NCBI GenBank assembly: GCA_964393465.1
Contig: CAYMTT010000001.1
Span: forward strand, 1 to 62,246
DNA from: an uncultured Candidatus Saccharibacteria bacterium
GTDB taxonomy: Bacteria > Patescibacteriota > Minisyncoccia > Minisyncoccales > MHMH01
Direction of reading: 5' to 3'
DNA: 62,246 nucleotides
Part shown: piece by piece, positions 19,554 to 28,539 of the stretch
Layout: each line of letters opens with the position of its first letter
Position numbering within the stretch: the stretch's first letter is position 1
Made by a program: the position numbers and the translations under genes
Notes under the pieces: model-generated
Databases searched by the model: none
What the model was told of the DNA's origin: nothing
The model's input: the letters and a program-made list of their open reading frames with translations, nothing else

Positions 19554-20867
19554 TTAACAGCCGTCTATTTTTTCTCTTAAAACTCGGGGGGCTTCCGAAA
19601 TTTTCACCCTTTCCTGTTTCATGGTATCCCTGTCTCTCAGGGTGAAATCGTCTTTCTCCAAGCTTTCAAAATCCAAAGTCAGACAGAAAGCCGTTCCTAT
19701 TTCGTCCTGCCTTCGGTAGCGGCGCCCGATGGAGCCGGTTTCGTCGTAGCGGCAGGAAAAACAAGGATTCAAAATGTCGTAAAGCTGCTTGGCTTTTTTG
19801 ATTATTTCCGGCTTGTTTTTGACCAAAGGGAGAACGGCCGCCTTAACTGGAGCCAGTTTTCTGTGAAGGTCGAGCATGACTTCCATTTCCTTGGAAGATT
19901 CGGTGGTTTCGGTCCTGCCTCCCTTGACCTCTTTATAGCTATCGACGAGAAAAGCCAGAAAACCTCTGTCCGCTCCTCCGGAAGTTTCTATGACGTAAGG
20001 GAAATATCCTTCATACTTTAAATCTTTTCCCGAATGTTTGGAGTGGTTGGAAAGGTCCCAGTCTCCCCGGTTGTGAATCCCCTCTATTTCCTTCCATCCG
20101 AAAGGAAACTTGTATTCGATATCCACCGCTCTTTTTGCATAATGGGCAAGTTCTTTTTTGGGCACTTCCTTGAATCTCAAATTCTTCTTTTCCACTCCCA
20201 AATCCAAATACCATTTCATTCTGGCTTCTTTCCAGTATTCGAAAAACTCGTCGGCGTCTTCGGGATGGCAAAACCACTGCATTTCCATCTGCTCGAACTC
20301 CCGGGTCCTGTAAATGAAATTGCCCGGGGTTATTTCGTTCCTGAAAGATTTGCCTATTTGGGCTATGCCGAAAGGCAGCTTCAAACGGGAAGAAGTCATT
20401 ACGTTCTCGAAATTGACGTAAATTCCCTGGCAGGTTTCAGCTCTCAAATAAGTGACCGAAGCTTCATCCTCGACCGGACCTACGAATGTCTTCATCATCA
20501 AGTTGAATTTGCGGGGCTCCCCCAGTTTTCCTCCGCAGTCGGGGCATTCGTCTTTTTCAAGAAAATCCTTCCTGAAGCGGCGGTGGCATTCCCGGCATTC
20601 CACCAGCTCGTCGGTAAATCCGGCCGTCAAATGCCCCGAGGCTTCCCAAATCCTGGGACTCATCAAGATAGCGGAATCCAAACCCACTATATTATCGCGT
20701 TTTCTAACCATTTCCTGCCACCAAACATTCTTAACATTGTTTTTCATTTCCACTCCCAAGGGCCCGAAATCGTATCCCGAGCCGAACCCCCCGTAGATTT
20801 CAGAGGAAGGGAATATGAAACCGCGCCTTTTGCAGAGAGATATTATTTTTTGCATTAAATCTTCCAT
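19554..20867 (-). CDS. glyQS: Glycyl-tRNA synthetase (class II, alpha2 type)
   Basis: 437 aa. RRGFIFPSSEIYGG N-terminus, class II motifs, and a C-terminal anticodon-binding domain. Confidence 0.9.
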   Translation of the reverse strand: MEDLMQKIISLCKRRGFIFPSSEIYGGFGSGYDFGPLGVEMKNNVKNVWWQEMVRKRDNIVGLDSAILMSPRIWEASGHLTAGFTDELVECRECHRRFRKDFLEKDECPDCGGKLGEPRKFNLMMKTFVGPVEDEASVTYLRAETCQGIYVNFENVMTSSRLKLPFGIAQIGKSFRNEITPGNFIYRTREFEQMEMQWFCHPEDADEFFEYWKEARMKWYLDLGVEKKNLRFKEVPKKELAHYAKRAVDIEYKFPFGWKEIEGIHNRGDWDLSNHSKHSGKDLKYEGYFPYVIETSGGADRGFLAFLVDSYKEVKGGRTETTESSKEMEVMLDLHRKLAPVKAAVLPLVKNKPEIIKKAKQLYDILNPCFSCRYDETGSIGRRYRRQDEIGTAFCLTLDFESLEKDDFTLRDRDTMKQERVKISEAPRVLREKIDGC

Positions 20868-20876
20868 AAGATTGTT

Positions 20877-22523
20877 TTATTGCACTGTTCCTTCTTCCCG
20901 GCTCACGCTGTCGTCGTCGGGAAGATCGGTTCCCAAGGCCGAATCAGAAGCTTCCACGGTCTGGCCGGTAAATTCGTCTTCTCCGCTGATTTCAACCTCT
21001 CCGACAAGTTCCGCAATTTCGCCTTCCTGGTGTTGGGAAGGATCAAAAGCCACCTGAAAAGACACGTTGGGGCCGGGGCCCGTTACTCCCTTGTCCGCAT
21101 GCAGTCTTTCCAGCCTCCAGACGATTTCCCTGGATTTGGAATCGAAAGTAAGGTTGGCCTCCTCCGGGAAAATCTTGCCCGTCAGGCTCACCCCTTGGCC
21201 CAAAACTGCAGACACTTTCATGTTTTTCACCGAATTGTAGTGGTTTTTGGCCTGCCAGGTCACAGTATAGGTGGTGGTTTTTCCGCTTTCTGGGGGCAAG
21301 GGACCGGTATTCCCGAAAATCTCATCTACGTAATAGCCCTTTTGGACGATTTCCAATTCGGTATTCACTTTGGTGATGAATTCTTCTCTGGCCTGGGAAA
21401 GATAAACCTTGTTCGCCAAAGAATATCCCTCGACGCTCTCTTGCGCATCCCATTCTTCCTTCAAATCTATCCAGAATTCAACCCTGCCTTCTTGCTGGGC
21501 CCCTAAATACTGCAGGTCTCTGGCTCTCCGCCAATCGAAAACCACCGAGTTGTCTCCCTGCTCGAATTCTCCGTAAGGAGCTTTCAGGGATTCAAAATCG
21601 AAAGCTTCCCCTTCCAGCTTGGCCACCAAGAAAAGATTGTTGAAAGCTTCCTCGCCTATGTTTTTGAAAAAGATTTCATAGTGCAGGGTGTCTCCGGGGC
21701 TGGCCACGTACTTGGGGCTTCCGTTTATATGCTGGAAAATGTATATAGAAGGAGTGACGATTCTAACGGCCCTGACAGTCTCTTTCAGCAAAACGAATTC
21801 TCCGTCCCGCCAAATTCCCAGCTGAGCCTTGAAAGTTTTCTGCTCGTTCACTTCTCCCCTGAGCAGGCCGGTTAAATTTATCACCCCGCCTTCGGCCTTA
21901 TTCAAAAGTCCTATCTCCCCTAAAGATTCCGGATTGGATTCTTTTAATTCGAAGTCCTCCGGATAATCCGCTTTTATGCCCAGATCGGAAAGCGGATAGT
22001 CGGCGTTGGAAAAATAGCTGAGAGCGAAGGAAATTTCCTTTCCGGATTCTATCTTGGAAGGCAAATCCATCTCAAGAGTTAAAGGAACGGATTTTATCTG
22101 CACCGAATGGGAAGTGGAAGATTCATAAGTGGCCTTGAGGTTTTTCGGGTGGTAAGCGAGCCAGACGTTGGCTTTCTTTATCTCTCCCTCTTTTCCCAAA
22201 AGCCTGCATTTGAAAGTAAGCGTCTTTTCCTGGCCCGGATAAATGTCTTCCAGAACGAGCTCGGGCATGAGAGTTTCTCCATTTTCGACTATGGAATGTC
22301 CAGGATATTCAAAAAGAAGCCGGGCTTCTTCCAACCTGACGTTTCCGTTGTTTTTGTATTTGACAGTGTATTCCACTTCCTGGCCCAAATCGGCCTCTTG
22401 AGGGCCCAGAATCTCCAATTTTAAGATTTCCTTGGAATAGACGTTTTTCTGGTAGTACCAAAATCCGACCGCTCCGGCGGCCACCGTTAAAATTATCAAA
22501 GATATTATGATTTTTTTTCTCAT
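20877..22523 (-). CDS. Membrane-anchored multi-domain surface protein (repeated beta-sandwich, CARDB/DUF11-like)
   Basis: 548 aa. One N-terminal TM helix (IIISLIILTVAAGAVGFWYY), then 4-5 segments of ~100 aa rich in alternating beta-strand patterns (e.g. VEYTVKYKNNGNV, TLHYEIFFKNIGE, TTYTVTWQAKNH). The C-terminal tail is acidic. Confidence 0.6.
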   Translation of the reverse strand: MRKKIIISLIILTVAAGAVGFWYYQKNVYSKEILKLEILGPQEADLGQEVEYTVKYKNNGNVRLEEARLLFEYPGHSIVENGETLMPELVLEDIYPGQEKTLTFKCRLLGKEGEIKKANVWLAYHPKNLKATYESSTSHSVQIKSVPLTLEMDLPSKIESGKEISFALSYFSNADYPLSDLGIKADYPEDFELKESNPESLGEIGLLNKAEGGVINLTGLLRGEVNEQKTFKAQLGIWRDGEFVLLKETVRAVRIVTPSIYIFQHINGSPKYVASPGDTLHYEIFFKNIGEEAFNNLFLVAKLEGEAFDFESLKAPYGEFEQGDNSVVFDWRRARDLQYLGAQQEGRVEFWIDLKEEWDAQESVEGYSLANKVYLSQAREEFITKVNTELEIVQKGYYVDEIFGNTGPLPPESGKTTTYTVTWQAKNHYNSVKNMKVSAVLGQGVSLTGKIFPEEANLTFDSKSREIVWRLERLHADKGVTGPGPNVSFQVAFDPSQHQEGEIAELVGEVEISGEDEFTGQTVEASDSALGTDLPDDDSVSREEGTVQ

Positions 22524-23233
22524 ATGTTTTTATTATAGCATTCCGACAATTTTTTCAACATTTTCATATTGGCAGGATCGAATTTCAATCGAGACAAGGT
22601 CTGGACGTCTTTTTTCAAAATGAGTCTGATTATCTTTACCGCGTCAGCTCCTATCTCCAAAGAATCTTCAGCCTTTCCCGAGCAAGAAGAGCAAAGCACT
22701 CCCCCAGTTTCGAAAGAAAAAAACAATTCTTCCGGAACCGGCTTTTTCTGGCAAAGACAGCAGCTGTAGAGTTCGGGTCTGTAGCCGAGGATCGAAACCA
22801 GATTCCAGAAAAAATAATCGTAAATGAGCCCGGCTTCAAAAATGCGCGAACCGGGCTTTTCCAGCTCGGCCATAACTTCCGACAGCAAGTTCCAGACATG
22901 ATCGTCTTTTTCTTCTCCGGACACGAAATCTTGCAGGGTTTGGCACATCGAAGAAACCGTTTCCAGCTTTTCCAAATCCTTTCTGATATTGGGGAAATTC
23001 TCTATCAAAAGGGCATCGGTAAGGGTTTTGTAGGTTTTCCCCTGGATAAACTCTATTTCCGAAAGATAAAAGAGTTCGGCTCCCGATCGCAGTTTCGACT
23101 TTATCTTCCTGATTGCTTTTCCCAAAACTTCCAATTTGCCGAAGTCTTCGGTATAAACGGTAAAAATATAATCCGATTCGCCTCTTTCTTTTTTTGCCAG
23201 AAAGAATCCTTTGGTCCTGTGATGAGTGGCCAT
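22520..23233 (-). CDS. recO: DNA repair protein RecO
   Basis: 237 aa. An OB-fold N-terminus (ESDYIFTVYTEDFGKLEVLGKAIRK) and a CxxC...CxxC zinc motif (CCLC...CSSC). Confidence 0.85.
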   Translation of the reverse strand: MATHHRTKGFFLAKKERGESDYIFTVYTEDFGKLEVLGKAIRKIKSKLRSGAELFYLSEIEFIQGKTYKTLTDALLIENFPNIRKDLEKLETVSSMCQTLQDFVSGEEKDDHVWNLLSEVMAELEKPGSRIFEAGLIYDYFFWNLVSILGYRPELYSCCLCQKKPVPEELFFSFETGGVLCSSCSGKAEDSLEIGADAVKIIRLILKKDVQTLSRLKFDPANMKMLKKLSECYNKNI

Positions 23234-23604
23234 TATATGTTAGCGTTCTTGTTCCAGTGATCCAGTTGGGTTATTTTCTGCTTGAGCTCTTTTTCTTTTT
23301 TAAAATCCCCTTTGCGCTTAGCTTCCCAACGCTCTTTGGTCATTTTTTTTATGGCCTCGTTAAATTTTCTCTGATCCAAACCGTAAGAGCCTCCGGCGTA
23401 TTTTTTCAATTCGTCCATGAAAGCCGCTCTTTCTTTTTTGCCGAGCTTTCTGGCGGTCCCGGGAACTTTGGCAAAAGGAGCCTTTTTCCTGGCATACCAG
23501 TTAAGCTCTTTATAGGTGCGGTATTTTTTTTGGCCGAAAAATCCTCCCGGAGCTTTTTGGGACTGCTGTTTGTTTTTTTTGGGTGGTCCGCCGAAAATTG
23601 ACAT
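23233..23604 (-). CDS. Hypothetical highly basic protein
   Basis: 123 aa, Lys/Arg-rich, with no motif I recognise. It sits between ileS and recO with a 1-nt overlap to recO, so it is probably co-translated. Confidence 0.5.
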   Translation of the reverse strand: MSIFGGPPKKNKQQSQKAPGGFFGQKKYRTYKELNWYARKKAPFAKVPGTARKLGKKERAAFMDELKKYAGGSYGLDQRKFNEAIKKMTKERWEAKRKGDFKKEKELKQKITQLDHWNKNANI

Positions 23605-23631
23605 AACAATTAGATTTATTTTATACGACCT

Positions 23632-26600
23632 TTAATATTTCTTTACTCCCAGCCAGAGCTTTTTCCCGTCGATACTGGTTTCTTTTTCCGAGTCGAAAAC
23701 CCGGCTTTCTTTCGCGCCAGCCTCCAACTCTGTGAGCCTGGCCTCTTTTAAAATGAATTCTTTTTTCCTGGAAAAAACCTCGTCGAGCTCTCCAGAATAG
23801 CGGATCCCTATCCTGTCTTTGGGCTTGTAGCCGGCTTTTTTTCTCATTTCCTGAATGTGCCTTATAATCTCCCTGATGTTTCCCTCTTCTTTCAAAGCAG
23901 GAGTGATGTCGGTGTCCAGCTTCAAGGATTTGCCGAAAGAAACTTTTTTCACGTTGACCTCTTCCTTGATCAGGTCTTCCAGCTCCTTTTGGAGCTTCAA
24001 GGGAACCTGCAATTCTGCCAAAGGCTGGCGTATTTTTATGCCGGCGTTCGATCTCTCTTTGAGGGCTTCTGTCACCGTCTGGCGGACTTTTTCCATCTGC
24101 CTTTCCAGCTTTTCGTCTATAAGTTTTTTGTCGGCCCGGGGCCAGTCGTCCAGATGAACGCTTTTGAATTTGCCTTGGTAAATATGGTCGCTCAAAAAGG
24201 GAATAAAAGGAGCGGTAAGCCTGCTCAAGACGTGAAGGACGAAACTCAAAGTCTGGGAAGATTCCCTAAGCTCTTTCTTGGATTCGGGTTTCTGGAATCT
24301 TTTTCTGGACCTTCTGATATACCACAAGGAAAGGTCGTTGACGACGAAATTCTCTATGGCTCTGGCCGCCGAAGTAATGCCGTAAGATTCAAATTGCGAG
24401 GTCGCCTGCAGAACCAGGCCGTTCAGTTTGGAAATTATCCATTTATCCAAAAGGTCGGAGCTTCCGGAAAATTTCGGCCCGATGCCTTTCGGAGCATAAG
24501 TTCTCAGAAAAACCCAGCTGTTCCAGTAGGTGAGAATGAATTTTTTCAGGGCTTGATCCACGTCCTTTTCCGAAAAGAGTTTGGAATCTCCGGGCCGGTT
24601 GATGGTAAAAAAGCACCATCTTACGGCGTCCACTCCGTATTTTTCGATTATCTGCCGAGGATCGATCACGTTGCCTTTGGACTTTGACATCTTCTCCCCT
24701 TTTTCATCCAGAATATGGCCAACGGAAATGACGTTTTTGAAAGCCGGGCCCTTGCCCAGCAGGCCGGAAATGGCGTGCAGGGTGTAAAACCAGCCTCTGG
24801 TCTGATCTACGGCTTCGCAGATGTAATTTGCCGGAAAGAGTATTTTTTTGTCGAAAGGGTAATGGTACTGGGCAAAGGGCATGGAGCCGGAATCAAACCA
24901 GCAGTCTATAACGTCCGGGACCCGCTCAGTATTGCCGCCGCATTCCGGACATCGGAATTTAACCTTGTCTATGTAAGGGCGGTGGAAATCGACTTTTCCC
25001 TGGCCGTCCAAAGGAATCTTTTTGTATTCCAGCTTTCTCCACTCCCCGGTCTGGATGCTTTTTTTGAGGATTTTTTTTCTGAGCAGCTCTTTGTCGCTCC
25101 AGCCTTTAAAAACCCCTTCCAAAAGCCAGAGAGGATCGCCGTGGCTTATAATCAAAATGTTCTTTTTGCGATGCTTTTTGTCTATTTCCTCCAGGTAATC
25201 GAACATTCTTTTCCTGACCCCGCCCCAGTTCTCTCCCCCTTTGGGAGGCCTGGCGTAAAAGCTTTCTTCTGCCAAGGGAAAATCTTTATAGAATTTTTCC
25301 TTTTTATCCCCGTGATAAACTCCGAGATTGAAATCCCTGAGCCTTTTATCGAAAACGACTTCCTTCACTCCCAGTTTTTTTGAAACTATGCCGGCCGTCT
25401 GCTTGGTCCTGAAAATATCCGAAGAGTAAATGAGGTCTATTTTTTTGTTCTTGAGTTCTTTTGCCGACTTTTCAACCTGTTTTATCCCTTTTTCGGTAAG
25501 CTTGACGGGCTTTTTCTCCGGCCAAGGATAAGTGAAATCGGCCTTTTTTAATTGGTATGCGGTCTGGCCGTGCCTCAAAACGTAGTAATTATTGTCGGAA
25601 AACTTTTGGGAAATTAAATCTTTCAAAGAACCGATGACTTCCGTTTTTTTGCATTTTCCGCACTGCCAAACGGGCAAAGGGGTACCCCAGTATCTTTCCC
25701 TGGAAAAAGCCCAGTCTTTCAGATCCCTCAGCCATTCTCCGAATCTTCCTTCTTTCAAATGGGAAGGCACCCAGTTTATCTTTCTATTGTTTGCAATGAG
25801 GTCTTTTTTAACCTTCTGCATGTTTATAAACCAGCTTTCCTTGGCGTAATAAAGAAGGGCCGATTTGCAGCGCCAGCAAAAAGGATAATCGTGCTCGTAA
25901 AGCTCCTGGGCGAACAGAGTGCCTCTTTTTTTCAGCAGCTGCAGGATCAGACTTTCTGTCGAGGCGTCCTTGACGTAAAGTCCTTCCAGGTCCGGAAGGC
26001 CTTTGATGAATCTGCCGGATTGATCGACCGTATGAAAAGTCGGAAGGCCAACCTTTTTTCCCAGATCGTAGTCCTCTTCTCCGTACATAACGGCGGTGTG
26101 CACCACGCCCGTGCCTTCTTCCTCTTTGACAAAATCTGCCGGATACACCTTGTATGATTTTTCGGTTTTCAATTGTGGAACGTCAAAAAGAGGCTCGTAT
26201 TCTTTCCCCAAAAGAGAAGAACCCTTGAAAGTCTCCACTTGGGAAAATTGCGAACCCGAAAACTTTTCTTCGTATTCTTTGGGAAAGATGTGTTTTGAAA
26301 GAAGGTTTTGGAAAGCTCCCTTTGCCATTACTATTTTCTTTTTTTCGTCTTGAGGATCGGGAAAAATTCCGTATTCCAGTTCGGGATTGACAGCCAGGGC
26401 CACATTGCCCGGCAGCGTCCAGGGAGTGGTAGTCCAGGAAATAATGGAAACGTCTTTCCACTGGGTATCCCTAGAAACGATCTTGAATCTCAGGTAAACC
26501 GAATTTTCCTTCACTTTTTCATAGCCCAGAGCCACTTCATGAGAAGACAAAGAAGTGCCGCACCTGGGGCAGTAAGGAACCACCTTATACCCTTTGTATA

Positions 26601-27096
26601 AAAGGCCTTTTTGGAAAATCCGCTTTATTATCCACCAAACGCTTTCGATGTATTCTGGTTCGTAGGTGATGTAAGGATCGTCCATATCCACCCAGAAGCC
26701 TATCCTTTCTGTCAGCTTTTCCCAATCCTGCTTGTAGTTCCAGACCGACCGCCTGCATTCCTTGTTGAAAGCGGCTATCCCGAATTTTTCGATGTCTTTT
26801 TTGGAACGAAGCCCCAGTTTTTTCTCAATCTCCAATTCCACGGGCAGGCCGTGAGTGTCCCAGCCGGCCTTCCTCAAGACCCTGAATCCTTTCATGGTTT
26901 TGTAGCGGCAGACGATATCCTTGTAAATTCTGGCCAAAACGTGATGGAACCCGGCCTTGGCGTTGGCCGTGGGAGGGCCCTCGTAAAAAACAAAATCGCG
27001 GGCTCTTTGCCTACGTTTTACGGATTTCTGGAAAATCTCGTTATCTTTCCAGAATTTCAGCACTTTTTCTTCTATTTTCGGGAAATCCAACTGCAT
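23632..27096 (-). CDS. ileS: Isoleucyl-tRNA synthetase carrying an internal histidine-phosphatase domain insertion
   Basis: 1154 aa in a single frame. PPTANAKAGFHH (HIGH region), WTTTPWTLPGN and GTGVVHTAVMYGEEDY (CP1 editing), KMSKSKGN, and a type-2-like C-terminus. About 200 extra residues lie between WQCGKCKK...LKDL and DFHRPYIDKVKFRCPECGG. Confidence 0.92.
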   Translation of the reverse strand: MQLDFPKIEEKVLKFWKDNEIFQKSVKRRQRARDFVFYEGPPTANAKAGFHHVLARIYKDIVCRYKTMKGFRVLRKAGWDTHGLPVELEIEKKLGLRSKKDIEKFGIAAFNKECRRSVWNYKQDWEKLTERIGFWVDMDDPYITYEPEYIESVWWIIKRIFQKGLLYKGYKVVPYCPRCGTSLSSHEVALGYEKVKENSVYLRFKIVSRDTQWKDVSIISWTTTPWTLPGNVALAVNPELEYGIFPDPQDEKKKIVMAKGAFQNLLSKHIFPKEYEEKFSGSQFSQVETFKGSSLLGKEYEPLFDVPQLKTEKSYKVYPADFVKEEEGTGVVHTAVMYGEEDYDLGKKVGLPTFHTVDQSGRFIKGLPDLEGLYVKDASTESLILQLLKKRGTLFAQELYEHDYPFCWRCKSALLYYAKESWFINMQKVKKDLIANNRKINWVPSHLKEGRFGEWLRDLKDWAFSRERYWGTPLPVWQCGKCKKTEVIGSLKDLISQKFSDNNYYVLRHGQTAYQLKKADFTYPWPEKKPVKLTEKGIKQVEKSAKELKNKKIDLIYSSDIFRTKQTAGIVSKKLGVKEVVFDKRLRDFNLGVYHGDKKEKFYKDFPLAEESFYARPPKGGENWGGVRKRMFDYLEEIDKKHRKKNILIISHGDPLWLLEGVFKGWSDKELLRKKILKKSIQTGEWRKLEYKKIPLDGQGKVDFHRPYIDKVKFRCPECGGNTERVPDVIDCWFDSGSMPFAQYHYPFDKKILFPANYICEAVDQTRGWFYTLHAISGLLGKGPAFKNVISVGHILDEKGEKMSKSKGNVIDPRQIIEKYGVDAVRWCFFTINRPGDSKLFSEKDVDQALKKFILTYWNSWVFLRTYAPKGIGPKFSGSSDLLDKWIISKLNGLVLQATSQFESYGITSAARAIENFVVNDLSLWYIRRSRKRFQKPESKKELRESSQTLSFVLHVLSRLTAPFIPFLSDHIYQGKFKSVHLDDWPRADKKLIDEKLERQMEKVRQTVTEALKERSNAGIKIRQPLAELQVPLKLQKELEDLIKEEVNVKKVSFGKSLKLDTDITPALKEEGNIREIIRHIQEMRKKAGYKPKDRIGIRYSGELDEVFSRKKEFILKEARLTELEAGAKESRVFDSEKETSIDGKKLWLGVKKY
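24991..25599 (-). other. Histidine-phosphatase (phosphoglycerate-mutase-like) domain nested within ileS (about aa 500-702)
   Basis: YYVLRHGQT (RHG motif), SDIFRTKQTA (second Arg), RLRDFNLGVYHG, and NILIISHGDPL (distal His). I checked the DNA directly: 25561-25600 encodes SDNNYYVLRHGQT and 25131-25160 encodes NILIISHGDP. Confidence 0.75.
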
Positions 27097-27137
27097 GTAT
27101 CTAAGATTAGAATATCACTATATCCCCTTTTTAGCAA

Positions 27138-27166
27138 AATGAAAAGAGCTCCCTTTTAGGGAGCCC
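27138..27166 (-). terminator. Intrinsic terminator after the second M16 peptidase gene
   Basis: 7-bp stem GCTCCCT/AGGGAGC with a 3-nt loop at 27148-27164, followed on the minus strand by TCTTTTCATTTT. Confidence 0.6.
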
Positions 27167-27170
27167 TTGG

Positions 27171-28427
27171 CTACTTGAAAAATCCTTCCGGGGCCAGAAC
27201 CGCCAGCGTATAGTTTTCGATCAGATATTTTCGGGCGGCCTCCAGCAATTCTTGGCTGGTTATCCGATCGTAAACATCGGCGGTCTGCCTGTAATCGTAA
27301 TCGGGGCCGTAGTACTCGAGATCCAGTATCCTGTTGGCCCGCCAAACCGGCATTCTCATGTTTTGAACATGGAGAGACCTGTACTGGTTCTTTATCCTTT
27401 CCAGCTCTTCGGGCTTTATGAGGTTGGTTTTCAGGTCCTTGAATTCGCCCTCGATAATGCTTACCGCTTCCTTGAAATACTTCGGATCAAAACCGTAAAT
27501 GCAAGCGTAGAAAATGGCCGTCTCCTTGCAATAGCTGTCGTAGTTGCTCCCCACAAAGTACCCGATTCCTCTTCTCTCTCTCAATTCCTGGAAAAGCCGG
27601 GAAGACATTCCGAGAGAAAGAACTCCGTCCAGAAGCTTCAGCTTGTGAAAATCGTTGTAAGCCAAGCTGGGAACCTTGAACCCCAAGTCGAGATAAACCT
27701 GCCTGATGTTGGAGCTTTCCCGGAGAATCTCGGTTCTGACGTTCTTTTGGCTGAAAACCAAGTTTTGCTCCGGCAAATCTCTCGAGGGAATTCTGCCGAA
27801 AGTCTCTTCCACTTTCTTTATGAGTTCTTTTTCATCGAACTTTCCGGCAACCACGAGAACCATGTTGTTTGGCGTATAAAACCTCTTTTTGAACTGCACC
27901 ATTTTCTTGACAGAAAGCGCACCTACCGACTCCTCGGTTCCTCCCACCGTTCTTTCCAGAGAAGTCCCCTTAAACAGGGAGGGCTCGAACAGCCTGCAAT
28001 GGGTATGCATTTTGGGATCTTCAAAATCAAGCTGGATTCCCTGAAGAATGATGCTCTTTTCGAGCTCGAACTCTTCTTGATCGTACTGGAGATTGGTAAC
28101 GGCCTGATGGCTGACTTCCAAGGCCCTGTTCAATTTGGCGGGATCGGGCAGAGTTTCCGCGTAAAAAACCGTTTTTGCGTTGTCGGTAAAAGCGTTAATC
28201 TGGCTTCCGTCAAACTCCAAATCACTGGACAACTGTTCCTTGTTTCTGTAGGCGTTGCTTTTGAAAAGCAAATGCTCGGTGAAATGGCTGGCTCCGTTGA
28301 ATTTGTCGTCTTCGTTTATGGAGCCGACATTGATCGACACCAGAAGCACCGCGCTTTCCTCGCTCGGTATGAATTCGGTAAGCAAAACCAAGCCGTTCGG
28401 GAAAACCTTTCTCTTTATACCTTTCAT
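27171..28427 (-). CDS. M16-family zinc peptidase (second paralogue)
   Basis: 418 aa. HxxEH in HFTEHLLFKSN, with the same two-domain layout as 18210..19505. Confidence 0.85.
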   Translation of the reverse strand: MKGIKRKVFPNGLVLLTEFIPSEESAVLLVSINVGSINEDDKFNGASHFTEHLLFKSNAYRNKEQLSSDLEFDGSQINAFTDNAKTVFYAETLPDPAKLNRALEVSHQAVTNLQYDQEEFELEKSIILQGIQLDFEDPKMHTHCRLFEPSLFKGTSLERTVGGTEESVGALSVKKMVQFKKRFYTPNNMVLVVAGKFDEKELIKKVEETFGRIPSRDLPEQNLVFSQKNVRTEILRESSNIRQVYLDLGFKVPSLAYNDFHKLKLLDGVLSLGMSSRLFQELRERRGIGYFVGSNYDSYCKETAIFYACIYGFDPKYFKEAVSIIEGEFKDLKTNLIKPEELERIKNQYRSLHVQNMRMPVWRANRILDLEYYGPDYDYRQTADVYDRITSQELLEAARKYLIENYTLAVLAPEGFFK

Positions 28428-28490
28428 GTCTCCTCCTTTTCAATTTTCAAAGTACTGAATCAGTCTACTATTTTTTAAATTTCCGTCAAG

Positions 28491-28515
28491 AAAAAAAACG
28501 GAGGCCGAGCTCCGC
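28491..28515 (-). terminator. Intrinsic terminator after argS
   Basis: The minus strand reads CGGAG-CTCGGC-CTCCG followed by TTTTTTTT, 25 nt downstream of the argS stop. Confidence 0.65.
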
Positions 28516-28539
28516 TTGCTATCTTTTCTGAATTAAAAA

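Noticed and set aside
27097-27170. T-box or other riboswitch leaders upstream of the five aaRS genes.
   Set aside because: The upstream spaces are 0-75 nt (leuS, metG and glyQS are overlapped or tightly coupled). That is too short for a T-box (~200 nt), and the only structures seen are terminators of the preceding genes.
27252-28478. A 408-aa plus-strand ORF spanning almost exactly the second M16 peptidase gene.
   Set aside because: The minus-strand frame carries the HxxEH zinc motif and a recognisable M16 layout. The plus-strand product is low-complexity (Phe/Leu/Val-rich) with no motif. This is a typical antisense shadow ORF produced by the Lys/Glu-rich codon usage of the real gene.
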